The translations under genes were made by a program, and so were the position numbers. From NCBI RefSeq assembly GCF_009914755.1, contig NC_060927.1: a stretch of 64,000 bases of DNA, one strand, 5' to 3'. Shown one piece after another: positions 43,596 to 57,775 of the stretch. Within the stretch, counting starts at the first letter, position 1. Each line of letters begins with the position of its first letter. The notes beneath the pieces were generated by a model. It saw nothing but the letters and a program-made list of their open reading frames with translations. It had not been told where the DNA came from and searched no databases. The DNA is from the human T2T-CHM13v2.0 reference genome, Homo sapiens.

Positions 43596-44523
43596 TTATC
43601 CTTTTTCTTTTTCCATCTTTTGTTCTTCTCATCTCTGCACTGCTTATCTACTTGCTTCTTCTTTGTATTCTTCTCTTATCTCATTGAATTTCTTCCGTCT
43701 GCCTCATCTGATCATAACAGAAAGTGATAAGTTTGATAAAATGTATATTGTACTTACTAAAAACAATTTTAATTATTTATCAATTTAAAAATCAGTTGTT
43801 TAACCTTCTCTCTGTCTTTCCGTTTTCTCATCTAATTCCCAATAATGTTGCCTTTTAATTTCTGCTGCCTTGCGGATCAGCACCCTGGGATTTTTTTTTT
43901 GTATTTGTAAATTAAATATTGCGATGACAAGATATAATAATTTTATGTCACTTATTAGATTTTTAACCATAAATGCCGTAGGCATGCTATAATATGTATT
44001 CCTTACTTTTCTTTCTAGAACTAAATCTCCATACCCACTTCATCCGTGTTTTTGGCTTATGTATGGGATGCTAGAATGGCCTATCTCCATGTATTTTGTT
44101 GCATTTCTCCATTGCTTCTTGTGTTCTGGCGGGAATCTTGGTGATTCTTTTCAAGCACTACCTGAGCTCTGTGCCAATTGTTCCTCTTCTCCCAGGGTGT
44201 TGTGCTGCGTGGTCATGTCTCCACTTCCTTAGCCCTGTCCATTGACAGAACCTTGGGTTCTGTGATGGCTGCCTCTAAACCCTTGTGAAAGCGGGGAATA
44301 TTCCTCCCCCTGCTGCTACAGTTGAGCACCGTGCTGGGTACCATGTTGCCCTCTACACTTGCTTTCAGTTGTTAAGGCTTCCCAAGCTTTGGCTGTGGCT
44401 CAGTGATCCTGCTGTCAAAACCCTGAAACTTTCCTAGCCTGGACACTCAGTGGTAGCAGCAGGTGTTGGGATTTCTCCAAGCCCCTAAGACTCTGGGAGG
44501 AAGAGAATGGCTGTTTGACATAG

Positions 44524-44574
44524 ACCTCAGGAGTTTTCAAAGCACCAAGAAACCTCTCCAGAAGATATGTAAAG
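44524..44574 (+). other. Candidate 51-nt cassette exon (TSGVFKAPRNLSRRYVK in phase 0)
   Basis: Very strong donor AAG|GTAAGA at 44574|44575. Acceptor uncertain: tttgacatag at 44523, with alternatives at 44018, 44195 and 44368. Confidence 0.35.
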
Positions 44575-45928
44575 GTAAGATTCTGATTTCTCTAGGAAGC
44601 CGTTCTAGAAGCTAAAAACAAAACCCTGTAGCTATGGATTTAATATAAGTTAGTAGTTAAAGAATGTCCTTGGGAAACTCTGTGTTTGATCAAACCAAAA
44701 TATGAGTCTTAGGGAACTATTTATTAAAAACTCTTATAGGAATTTTGTGTGAGATTCACATTAGTTTTATTTATATTAAATTTGGCATGGAACAGATTTT
44801 TAAATATTCAATTTTTTTTATTCGGACTCTGTGAAGCACTTTTTCACAATCTGCATTGTATATCTAGTAAGAGAAATCTTGTTGAGAATTAAAATGGTTA
44901 AAGATAAAATAGAAATTATTTTTTCAAATACCGATGTTTTATTTGCCTCTGTGTTAATATTTAAAACCAAAAACATTTAATGAATATATCTTCAAATTCT
45001 TCAAGCTGAAATTCTTAAATCCATAATTAATTCAAAAGGAATTAGAAGAGCAGTTCAAATCTTAGTTGGTAGTGCTAGGGATGCATTACTGTCCTTTGTC
45101 AAAAGTTACTGCTTAGTATTCTAACTATGGTGATTTCTTGCTTTATTTTTAGATTTTAAAGGGAAAAAAATTAAAATAAAAAAACTTTTTGGGAAAAAAA
45201 TTCACTACATATGGATATAAATAACCTGAATGGAGGATACTTGTGGAGAGGTGGTAAGGGTGTGTGTGTGTATGATGGGTAGGGGAGAGAGATCAGCAGC
45301 ATCTTAAGTTAACAATACAAAACACCTCTTCAGTGTTATGAGTTTGTGACAGCTGTTATTCAGTGCCCCCTTCCTTTTCTTTTTTTTCCCCCGCCTCTAT
45401 TTTCAGGCAGTAATCTGTGAAGTGATATTAAGACACCTCTTCTAATATGAGATCATTGTTGGCCTTACTGTCAGTTTAGGTCTTCTTTTTTTCGCCCATT
45501 TGTTTTCTTTTCAATATTAACTTAATTCCTTAAATGGTTTCCCCTTGTTGAAATTAACGCTATTAGCTTACTACCACATTGGAGCCCTTTAATTTCAATG
45601 GCCAAAAATGCAACTTAATTTTTAAAAATGAAGGAAAATGTTTACTCATAGCTGAACAAAATGAAAAATATTGATCTTTGACAGTGTTTATTAAGGATGC
45701 TTTTTATTTTTAGTAAACTTTATTTTTATTGATATTTCATTTAACATAATTTCAGAGTAGCTCTGTGCTGTAAGATGAGCAAAAGAACAGATACCCTAAA
45801 TCTCAAAGAGCTTTTTCTTTCGTGTTTTTCTTCTGAGTAGGGCATGAGGTTTCAGATTCCCCAGTGTTGACATCTATTATTTTCTACCTTGAGATTTTAC
45901 CTATAGACACAGAAAGAGGAGATAAAAA

Positions 45929-46221
45929 GGCCAGGCATGGTTGCTCATCCCTGTAATCTCAGCAATTTGGGACGTCAAGACCAGAGGATTGCCTGAGGCT
46001 GTAAGACCAGCCTGGGCAATATAGCAAGACATTGTCTCTTCAAAGATAAAGAAACGAACAACAACAACAGTAAAAAACTGGGCATGGTAGCAGGCACCTG
46101 TAGTCCTAGTTACTCAGGAGACTGAGGCAGAAGTATTGCTTGAGCCCAGGAGGTCGAGGCTGCAGGCATCACTGCACCCCAGCCTGGGCAATAGAGTGAG
46201 ACCTTGTCTCAAAAAGAAAAA
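45929..46221 (+). mobile_element. AluJ
   Basis: Forward dimer with J diagnostics (gcttgagcccaggaggtcgaggctgcag). Confidence 0.9.
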
Positions 46222-46261
46222 GGGGAGATAATATCAACATGCAAAAACTGAACAATAGTAA

Positions 46262-46880
46262 TCTCTTGTGGTGTATACTTGCCACCTCTGTAAGATTGTA
46301 ATGACAATGACTGAGTTTTTTCCTGCCAAGTTCAGTTCCATTTTTTTTTTAAGTAAAATATCAGACTATGTGAATTTATAGACTTATTTCTCAGAGTATA
46401 TTAAAAATAGTGGAAGTTGGGAGATTTTTAATTCTTCATGAGTCCAAGCTGAGACATAGCTACAACTGACAGGATCTGTTCACCATACATACTTCCAAGT
46501 TTGGAAACTATCAGCAGGCACCTGCAACTAAACCCACAAGCGTAAATGTTCCAGAGTGTTAGAATCTTATTCGCATAATACCTAGCAAGATCCCAGATGT
46601 AAACGGGAGAACTCAAATGTTCCTTTGGATTCCGTGATGGCTGAGAAGCATCCAGGCCTGCTAACTCACTGAAGAAGAATCCAGCAGAAGGGGACTGGAC
46701 AGAACCTACTTTTGCATAACCACTGATCCCACCTAAAGCAGCCAGTGCTGCATAGACAAAGCCAAGCCAGTATAAAGGCACCTGTGGGCCAGGGTCCATC
46801 TGCATTGTTCTCTTCTAATTCTCTCCAGACAGGAGACTGCAGCAGGCCTGCACCTATACCACTTTCCTGAAGGTCTGGGT
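46262..46880 (-). pseudogene. TMEM14EP: TMEM14E(P): intronless retrocopy of TMEM14C/B, antisense within the MBNL1 intron (ORF 46428-46805)
   Basis: ORF begins MQMDPGPQVPLYWLGFVYAALAALGGISGYAKVGSVQSPSAG, homologous to TMEM14C ([30 protein letters not shown]). Homology is lost after ...RNPK by a frameshift. No introns; UTR-like flanks. Confidence 0.92.
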
Positions 46881-47899
46881 AAATTGATGAGGGGACACAA
46901 ACTGTACGATGCTTATTTTTTAAAATGAAAAGATGTTTAACAAAGCATTTTATTCATATATGAAAACATTCAAGTTTATTCCCTCTAGACTTCAAAGTAT
47001 AACTAAATGAAATGTTTTGAAGTGCATTAAAATGGGTAATTCTTTCATATATAAAAACAGAAAAGTGAAATTTTCATGCTTTTATTAACACTTATAGTGA
47101 GTTTATAATTTTTTAAAATGTGTGGCACAGTCTCAAGCTAGTGGTTAGCATTATTTGCAAGTTTGTCTATAGAGTGCATTTTGTCTTTTCTATTTCTAGA
47201 ACTCTTAAATTCCCTTGGGACAAGAAATGAAACAAATATAAGAATGTAAATTATGAATTCTCTTTCTTGGAAGTTTAATTTTAAAAAATAGTTTAAGTAC
47301 TTTTAGAGTGGGAATTTAGAACACTTAATTCACAAACAGTATGAAGTACTTAATCACTGAAAGTATTAGAAGTGAGTGTTAATTCTCAAAATAAGGTCTC
47401 AATCGCAGTCATAATTTCTATAAGAATTTCTGCCATCACTCTGTTCATAAGACTAGTACTGCTCAATTCCCATTGTTTCCTCTCTCCCTTCTGTTCTGTT
47501 CTGTTTTTGGAGAGCATGGGAGCTGTCCATACCGGTAGGCAATGAGGAGAATGTTTATAATTGAGATTGAGTAATGTCAAATATAAGCCTTTTATGATAC
47601 GATTATTTCCTTTGTTGTAATAAATTTCTCAGCCTCATTAGGCATATCCATGTAGAAAATAAATTTAAAAATAAAGTGTGTACAGAGCAGCTAAAAGAGG
47701 TGGCAAATATAGGGATGAGCCCAGATAGTGACATTTTTGGTACTTTAAGGGACTGTTTCACTTCAAAAACAAAATATTCCTGTTTATTATTTTTAGGTGG
47801 AAATAAAAGCTCACTGAATCAGAATTATTCAAAATTAAAATGGTGTCTTTAGTTAATGGTAGTAATGTATGGATTACCTTTTACCTTCAGTCCCATTAC

Positions 47900-48370
47900 A
47901 ATGATTATTTTATTTATTTTTCACAAAAACACCTTGAGGTGTAGTTAGCATTATTTCACCTATACAAGTGAGGAAACTGATACCAAGAGAAACTTGGCCT
48001 CACAGCTGGACACAGGATTCAAACTCAGGAAGTGTGGCTCCAGAGTCCATCCATCCTTAGAGGTCCTTGTTAGTTGTAAATCTGGCAGTGAGTGCCAGTT
48101 CTCAAATCAGTCCTAACCCTTTTCATAGCCTGGTACCAGCAAGGGGATTCTGTCTGCACCTCCTTCCAACTCAATTTTGGGTTGCCATTCACTTGCTGGC
48201 TATTTGACCTATCCTCTCTCAGCAATAATCCCACCCTGTCTAAAATATGAATAATATTGTCTCCTTCTCAGGGTTTTTATGAAGATTTAATTTTACGAGA
48301 CAGAGTATGCCAAGCACTTAGCACAATGGCTAGCATATAGAAAATAGCCAATAAATTATTGATGTTATTA
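47900..48370. mobile_element. MIR fragments (reverse about 47900-48050, forward about 48190-48370)
   Basis: tacaagtgaggaaactga; aagcacttagcacaatggctagcatatag. Confidence 0.65.
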
Positions 48371-48451
48371 TGTAATGTTTCCAGGGTCACACAACTAGAA
48401 AAAGATTGAGTCAGAATTCAGGCCCAACTCTGTCTTACTGGGAAACTAAAC

Positions 48452-48454
<3 letters not shown>

Positions 48455-48488
<34 letters not shown>
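48455..48488. repeat. (CA)17 microsatellite
   Basis: Direct inspection. Confidence 0.95.
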
Positions 48489-48490
<2 letters not shown>

Positions 48491-51400
48491 TCCACAAACA
48501 ACAGGACCTACAAAGCAAAACTCGTGCTCTTTCTGGATTATAACACTACCTCTCAACTCTAACCATAACTTTTAGATGAGTAAATAAGGATGTCATGTAT
48601 GTGCTGAAGGGATAAGTAGCATAGTTTAGTGGCTTAGGGCAAACTTTCAAATTGAGGTTTCCATTGTGTGACAGCAGGCAAGTTAACCCCTCTGAGGTTC
48701 GTTAACTACACATATTAAACTAAAAACAGTATCAGTTGTATTGCATTATCATGGATAATAAATTTTAATACAATTAAAGAGCTCCAATAAATGTTGGCTT
48801 TTAGTAATTGATATAGATATAAATGTTTCTTTAAAAATATATTCACAAAATTGGGATGCATAGTTAGTGAAATCATAAACATGTAAAGTCTTAGAGATGG
48901 ATATAATCTTAGTAGATGATCTTCCATTTTTGAACAGTCTGTATGCTTTCTCTGTCAAATCCATTTAACCTCTCTGAAAGGTCAGTGGAGAAAGGGGAAG
49001 AAGGCATCAGAGATCAGGACTGACCCAAATATGGGGTGGTTGTACCTCCAGAGATGTGGGCAAATTTTCTCAGTCTTGGCTTGATGTCAGTGACTAGCAT
49101 TGGAAAACCAGATGGTGGAAATAACCCCTGTTAAGCAGATGATGGGATTATCAATCTTGTGTTCTTTCTCTTTTGAAGCAGAACCCAAACCAACGGTTGG
49201 GACTCCAGTCCTGAAGAGAGAGAGAGTTACCTGGACTGAGTTGAATGCCAGAGTTTAACCTTGAATGCTAGTCACAGCAGGGACTTCTTGAATTCTTGGA
49301 GCTCAAGTGTCTGGCCTGCCTTACTAGATTCTGAACACCTTGAGGTTGAGGATGTGTATCATAATATTTATTTGCAACTTTAGAACAGTGTCTGGGAAAT
49401 AGTGGGCACCCAATGCATGTTTGATAATTAAATAAGAGCATAAGATCCAGAAACGGTACAGAAGATCTTGTTTAAGGATCCCAAGCCATCAAAGGGGTTA
49501 GAAATCGAGGCTGCAGTGCAGAAAGCATAGGATGTCCTGGGGATGGGGGTGGGTGCCATGGAGCTGAGGGTGCATAACATTTGTAATGACGGGTTTAGGA
49601 ACTCAGTAAACTGAAACTGTCAGTGTAGCCTATTCAATAAATGTAGGAATAAAGTATTCCAAATTGTTTAAAAAATGTTGTAAGCAGATGACATATTTAA
49701 AGAATTGAAAGCCATTGGAATCCATTTATATTAGTTTTTCATACAGTGAAAAATAATATTTCTGGCACTAGAAACTCAATTTGGTACCAGAGACTTGAGG
49801 AAAAATGTATTTATAAATGTGTCATTGATATATTCCCTTATAAATAAGTTATTAAATAGGGTTTTATGTTTATAATATTATAAAATTGTAATTTGTATGT
49901 ATGAACGTTAAGAACTTACATGGATGATGGGGGAAGTAAGAGTGGAAGTGTAAAAGATGACCTTTTTTTGGGGGGTGACTGGTATAACTTTGAGGTTTGT
50001 TTTTTAACTATAATTTTACTACTTGTTTGATATATGTTTCCCAGAAATATGGTGAAAACATCTTTCAGTCAGAATCTAAGTTAAAAAACATAAAACATAG
50101 TAAAAAGAACAAAGAGAATTAACTATGTTTGGTCTATTGAGACAACAAAAGAAAACACAAAGCACAAACTCATACTTTTTTTCGGACTATAACACTACCT
50201 CTCAGCCCTAACTGTGCCTTCTCTGATAAATCAGGATGCCGTGTGTACTAATGGGAGATGTAGCAAAGTTTAGTGGTTGCCACAAAGGTGATTTTAGGTA
50301 GTCCTAACAGGTATTGCAGTGATTTGGCGTGGTATATCAAAAGCCAGAGACACTGGTACCTTGTATTAAAACCCTGGATATTGTGTGCTGGCACCTGAAG
50401 GAAGGTTGTTTAGAAAACTTAAACTGAGAGTAAAACTCAAACCAAGTGTTTCCGTGAACATTTGTGTCTTCTTAATTTGAAAAAGGCCATGTATTAAACC
50501 AGTGCTCCTGTCAGTGTGGAACTTTCTGGTTTCTCAAGAAGAGTCTCTTAAATTAAGCACTAAGTTAATATTACACATTTAAACATTTTCGCTTTCGAAA
50601 ACATACATTGTTGTGAAAGTAAAATATTAAATGTAGAGAGAAATTATCACTTACACGTGTACCTTATTTTGTAGACTATAGAGTCCATTTGTGCTATTAT
50701 TATTTTCAGATGTGCCTGTAAAGTGGCTTCTTTTGCTGTTCTTTTCTTCCTGCTCTCTCTGTATACACAAATGTCCATACAGATGGAAAGGCACACAAAG
50801 ACACACAGACACCCATGCTTTTGCTTTTACTGTAAAAGAGTCATACTAGAGTAGAAATTACGTGACATTAATTCTCTGTAATTCTCTATTTCTTTCCTTT
50901 CATGGCTATGTATGCCTGAATTGTATGTAGGTCTAGCATACCATTTGGGCATGAAAACGTTGTTTTACTTCACTTACCCTGGGAGACTTTTTTTTTTCCT
51001 AAATTCCTAATGCCTGTTTTTAATTTATTTTGGCAATTCACTGTGGGAGTTTTAATTAGGTAGTATGTTTGGGTTACTATTGAAGCAGTATGTATTAACT
51101 ACCAAAAGTTAAACTCATCGTAAAACCCTTTACACATGAAATAACTTAGATACCTTGAGTACCAGCTTTTCTTTTCCCTGCCCTTATCCTGGATGTGTCC
51201 TTGGCAGTTTAATCTGCTTTATTTTACTCCTTTAAAAGCGTAAGATGGAATGGCTCAAATAAAATCAGTGGGATCTCTCCCTGAGGAGAATTTTGTCATC
51301 AGAAATAAAAGTGACAACACCAAGAGGGGAAGTGTTATAAATAAAGTGAGTAGTGTTTGGTAATCATCACCATTCTTGATTTCCTATGTGGAAATAGGAC

Positions 51401-51609
51401 TTTGATATATGCATTTTTTAAAGCATCTTGCAATTTAAAAAATTACACATGGAACAAGCCAAATAAATATTTTTAAAATACTGTTTTTATTTAGAGAGAG
51501 AGACAGCTGTATAAACTGCTCTGTGTATGTGTAAAACATTGATAATACATTAGACATAATTTGCAGAAACTACTAATTTTCACATCATTTCCAAGTAGAA
51601 CTGCAAAGG

Positions 51610-51835
51610 TACAGTACTGGTTTAGCTTTATGGTTAAAAGCATTGGCTCTAGAGCCAGATAACACAGGCTCAAACCCTAGTTCTGCCGTTTACTGGTTGT
51701 GTTACCTTGGGTAGGTTACTTGACCTTTTTGAGCTTCAGATTTCTAATCTTTATTTAATGAGTTTTAATAATAGAATAATAGGATTGCTTTGAGGATCAA
51801 ATAAGTTAATAAACCACTTAGAACAGTGTTCAATA
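51610..51835 (+). mobile_element. MIR, near full length
   Basis: ggttaaaagcattggctctagagccaga...ccttgggtaggttacttgacc...gaggatcaaataagttaat. Confidence 0.8.
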
Positions 51836-52769
51836 GGCTGGATTTTTGTTTGTTTGTTTGTTTGTTGCTATTCTTTTTGTGTTATGTTTTGTATCCAGCA
51901 GAAGTGGTTATTTAGCTTCCTATTTTATGAGGTAGGACTGATGGGAATTGACAGTCTTAGGAAAAAGTACAACTGTAAGTCAGTGGAAGTTTTTCCTAGT
52001 CAAGATGTCAAATGCCAGAGGTCGGATTCATGTGGCAGGATGGGGTCCAAACTGTACAAAAGCTTGGAGATGAATGAGGTGAGACAGCTAAGCTTAAGAC
52101 AAAAAACAATGTGAAGTTATGTCCTTGGGCAGTGTTTGCAGTAGTATAGTGCCGCTTTGGAAAACTTAGAAGATGATCCTCAACTGTGTCCACTCAAAAT
52201 AGATTGTGCATCTCAATGTCATAGAGTCAGAAATTTCTACCACTATCTGTTTAAATCATCGTTTATTTATATTCCTTAAATATTCATACCTTTCACATAA
52301 GTGAGATACATTATTTTTAAAAACGCAGTTTTCCTTCTTGATTTTTTCATATTGTCCCATTATTCTGAGAAGAGTTTATTTTATGAGAATTAAGTTATTA
52401 TCTTACAGAATAAATCTGATTACTGACTAGATACAAGATAACCACATATTTTTCCTAGAATAATTTAATTCCAATTTTACTTATTTGTACCTTATATGAC
52501 TTATTTTCAGGTTAGAAAAATGTGGTCCTACAGTTTTGTTTTGAAGTTTGCCTGGGCCATGTGAAGCCACCATTATCATTTACGTCAAAAATGAAGGTTA
52601 TCTGTTGCCCAAGAGAAAAATACAGCATTCTCAATTTAAAACACTAAAATAGTGAGGGTTTCATAAGCTGTTTCAGTGATTTCTGACCTTGGGTTGGAAA
52701 GCTCTCATGTCTCAGTTACCTCAGTGGGTATAGTGACATTGTCCCAGTCTGCATTACCAAATTGTTTCA

Positions 52770-52943
<174 letters not shown>

Positions 52944-55900
52944 TTATCTATATTGTAATTTCAAAGTTTAGGATTGAGAGATTGAGCTCATGCTTTTTAG
53001 TGTAATTATAATTTTGGAGCTATGCTGACATATTTGTAAACAAACGCTTAGTGAAAACTCATATAACAATAGAACAGCCAACTATACTGTATTAAGATTG
53101 CTACATGAGAAGAGTTCCCTTTAAAAAGGAAATTTCAACTCAGAGGAAAGTTTGATTTGTGTTCATTAGAGAACCAAAAATATTTAAAAATATTTTCCAT
53201 GAGTTGAAAAGTAACATGAAAAAAATGGATTATTTTAAAAGCATTAATTGACACTTTAAAAAAATATATTTTTATAGAACCTCAAATTGAGTTAAAATTA
53301 TACTTTTAGTCACTTTTAGGTTATAGTTTTCATATCAAATGTATTTTAAATTTAGGTTTTATGTCTTTTAAGTCTTCAAATAGGCCATTTTCTGCCTATT
53401 GCTCAAATATGTCGACCTTTATAGCATCAGGTCAGTTTACACTGAAAGCTTTCAATGTGTTTGGCATTTTTAATGGAAGTCAGGAGCTTTACAACAAAGA
53501 ACACAGAAAATCATGTAAGAAGACAGTGTGAAAAAGCACTGGACTTGGAGTCAGTTATTTGGCTTCCTATGACAGGTCCCCATTTGATCACCATGTTACT
53601 CTGTGCGTGTCATGTTTTCTCGGAAGTATACCTGCCGCCATCTTGACTCCTTGGTTGAACAAATCTAATAAAGATAATGCACAGCACAGTACTTTTTGTA
53701 AACTGATACTCATCTCTGTGAAATAATTCATTTATCTGAAAAGCAATATAAATGCATGTTTAAAAATATACTGTGAAAGTCAATATTTTTATGAATTCTG
53801 CTCATGAATCCCACAACTGTATGTTGTTCTCATGAACAGTAAAATTGAAAATGTAATTATTGTTTTTATAAGGATAATTGGTAGTATAAATTTTAATCTA
53901 TTTAGAATAACAGGTGGGTGAAAAGAATACAGACTTTTCCTCCAGGATGTGTCATAGATTTTAAAAATTAAGATGATATTTACCATTTAGTCTACAGTTT
54001 TGAGAATGATAGTTCTATTGCTTGAAAGAGTTAGATACCTTCCAAAAGAGAAAAGGAATGTAATGGGAGGAGAGATAGGCAACAGAAAACAAGCATCTGT
54101 CCCTTATGGAGAAAAATGTATTTTTAACAGATACTAGAGAATATAGAAGTTGCTATATCAACAAAAAATTTTTATTTGCTCAAACAGGTGGATAAGCCAA
54201 TGTGTATTTACTGAATAAATGAGTATGTGCTAGTGGAAATCAATGAGTGAGTGAATAAGTGAACAAGTAAATGGATAAACTCAGTAGGTAACACATTATT
54301 CTTCCTGTTTATTATTTTTAGGAAACAATACTTATTTGAAAGTATTACAAAGAATTCACTTAAAGAACCCTGGTGAAATTCCTCATTTTCTCTTGTGGTA
54401 ATAGGCAGTTGTTATAGTACAGTCATAATCTTTTGGTTGTAATTTATTATGTAGGTTGAATTACTCTACATTTACAGAGCTTTTGGGAATCAGGAGATGA
54501 GAAAACACAAATAATAAGCAAAAGGGCAGTTAGTACTATCCTAAAAATAAACATTGGCCCATGTAATCACATCCTAAATAAAATAAACTGAAGTGGGTTA
54601 AGAAAATTATAGCGGTTTAGAAGAATTTAGTGTGTTTTCTAGCCCCATTTTCATTTGATTTTGATAGTAATGATTATTAAAGGAAGACAGAGTACTTTGT
54701 ACTTTTAACATTTAGCCGGCAGCAGCAATTGCAGCAATATCCAAAGTGTATTGAATGTCTTTGGTGTAGAAAAAGGCACTGGACTTGATATGATCATAGA
54801 AGGTTTTTAAGTGCTTGAGAAAAAGGTTGGGGAAGCAGGTGAAATATGAGATTAGGGCTTGTTGGAAGTCTTAGGACATTACAGAGAGCATAATAAGTCT
54901 TACTACCTCCTGGGAACAGAATGCATGGTTACAAAAATAAACTGAGGTGGAATTTGAAGAGAAGGGAAGAACTTTGGCTGACAGGGAAGCAAGATCAGGT
55001 TAGCAAAAATTCTGGCTATCAAGACCTCTCCTGGGGCCCATTCCCTAAGAATGTATCCCTTGTGCTAAATAGAGTATGTATGTACAGGCACACTGTACAT
55101 GTTTGAAATACTTGAATAACAGTTCTTCAGGGATTACTGTGTAATTATTTGTATCTATTGCCTTTATCTTAGTGCTGATTTATGGGGCTAGATTTTGACT
55201 TAAGTTACCTACAATGTCTTGTTTCATAGTTTGAGAAAGTACATAAACAATATTGAAAAAACTAAACATCAGTGGTGTTATTTAGTGAATAGAACAGTTG
55301 GAAACATATCTTATTTTTAAAAGAATAGCTGAATGTGACATATCCATGGCATGTTAAAAAATGAAAAAAAATGGAAACTGACTTTGAACAGATTATTGAA
55401 ATGCTAGTGTATAATTTTTCTGAGTTGCACTATAAAAAATTTTTACTCTTGCAACTAGAGGAAATCACTCAACTGGAAGTGCTGGATATAATTTCTGACT
55501 TATCCATTAGTCATCCTAATAATAAGAAAGTATTTAGTTCCTTTTTTTCATAGCGGTCCATCTTAAACAATAAAATTACATAGCCCACTCAAAGATATTT
55601 CAGGAAAATTGAGGTGTTGCTTTCAAAAAAGTATTAAAAAGTGGGCACAGTAAATTGTCTGTGTGTGTGTGTGTATGTGTGTATTTTAATGCTACTGTTT
55701 TTATCATTCATTTCTCATCATGTAGATAGGAAGGTTAGCAGAAAATTACCTTGAGATTTATAGTTGGGATGACTAGGCCTGGAGCATTGCCCTTTGCTAA
55801 GATAAGAAATATAGGTGTTAAAATTGATGTTTTCTCTTTCTTTTTAGGGAGAACATGTAATTGGTTTGGGAGGGTTGAATTTAAGGAAAAACATCTGAAA

Positions 55901-57519
55901 CCCTCTTACACAGACTGATAGTGCTGTGATAGGAAGAAAATACCCAGAGAGAATGTACAGTAAGAAGAAGGAATCTAAAGACAAACCTTGGCGCATCTCT
56001 CTATAACCAGCAGTCAGAAAGGAGGGAAATCAAAAGAAAGTGTCAGAGAATGAGTAGGTTAATACATAGCAGGTAAATGAGGATGGTGCTTTGCCAAGGC
56101 AAAAGAGAAAAACATTCAGAAAGTAACTAGTTATTCTATAGAGAAGACAAGAAATGAGAAAAAAATCACTTTGGCTGTTAAAAGGACAGTAGTAATCTTT
56201 GAAAGCAGATGAGTAGAATTGGGAGAGAGGAGGTAGAATTCAGATTGTAAACCAGATTCCAAGAAGATGAGTCACTAGTAAATTGGGAGGTAATGCATGA
56301 GGCCTCAACACATGTAGACAACTCTATAAAGAAATTCAATAATAATAAGAGAAGTGGGAGTCAGCTGAAGGATTCAGCACAGAAGAGGTTGTTGTAGAGC
56401 AGTGAGGGTTATTCCACTGCAGAATAGTGGAAGCATGTCTTTTTCACTAAGGGAAGGGGCAGCCGTCAGTGGAGAGTGAAAGAATGAATGACAAATCGCT
56501 AAAATAGGGAAATATCAGAGAAGATGAGAAGGGATTAAGAAAAAGTGAGTTAGAGAGATTGGCCTTGAATGGAAGATTAACCAAAAACTTCCTGAGAGAC
56601 AGAAATGAAGGTGCTTAGCCAGATTCCATTCCCTAATACTACCTGCATTTTGGTCATCCTTGTCATTTGGGTGGTTCCATGCCTTGGGTCCACACTCCTT
56701 TCTTTACTCTTTTTAAAAATATTTTATTTTAACTTTGACTTATAGACCCATCTCGATAGAATTTCATGAGGGCAGAGGACATGTTTTATCCATGCATGTG
56801 TTCTAATGTGTTTCGGTAACCCCCGAAGTCAGTGCTCTTAGGGGAAGAAGTTTCATAGCCCTGCCTATCGATCATAGTACAAGGCTGATGACTAATTAGC
56901 TACCTAGGTGAACCTCAAAAGCTGTTTCCAAAACAAGTCCTCAATTTCTAATGAATGGGGCAGATTATTATGTATCAGACTTTTTTTTTTCCTGTTTTTG
57001 GTTAATAAAGTTACTGCATAACAAAACATAACTTAGAGTTCAGAAGTGGATATATCCAAAGCCAGATAGAAGTTGTAACTATAATTCATTGTAATAAGTA
57101 GAAACATTTAACTGAAAAAAATGAAAAGACAAAAATTTGCAAGGCAAATAGTTGTTAAATGCCATGGTTTATACCACTATGTCAAACAAATGAGATTTCA
57201 TTATGTCATTATATTTTGTCTGATCCATACCATAAGCACAAATCCCTTGATTAGAATAGTTGGATTGCATTTTCTGATTCTTACATAGCAAAAATAACTC
57301 TAAGCAAAAGTTAACTAAATGTTGTCTGCCTCTCATGTAGAAAACATGTTTTATGTTAGTGTTTGTTTTATGGTTGCTATTTTTTCTGTAAGTTATTAGT
57401 TTTCGAGTTTTATTAAAGGTGTAATTTCACAGTTGGAGTATATTTGTCAAATCCTGACCCTTTTTACTTGTACATATATGGTACAACAATTTTTTAAACA
57501 CCTTTTTATGTGTAAACAC

Positions 57520-57775
57520 TTATAGGAGGGGTTTTAAGGTAGTGGGCTTGAAGTCAGACTGCTAGTGTGTTGAATTCTGGCCTCAGGAATCACTAGCTAT
57601 GCAATCAGATACAAGTTACTATAAGCTGTAGTTGTGTCATCTGTAACACTGGGTTACTTAAAATTCTTTGCTGAAGTGACTTTTAAGATATTTAAATGAA
57701 GTGAAACACAAAAAGCATGCAAACAGGGTCTAGCACATGATAAAGCCTTATTAAATGTTAGCTACTATTATTATA
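57520..57775 (+). mobile_element. MIR
   Basis: gggcttgaagtcagact...tagcacatgataaagcc...aaatgttagctactattatt. Confidence 0.7.

Noticed and set aside
46341-46350. T10 as the poly(A) tail of the TMEM14E retrocopy
   Set aside because: Similarity to the parental 3'UTR appears (from memory) to continue past it, and no TSD was found; probably an internal A-run.
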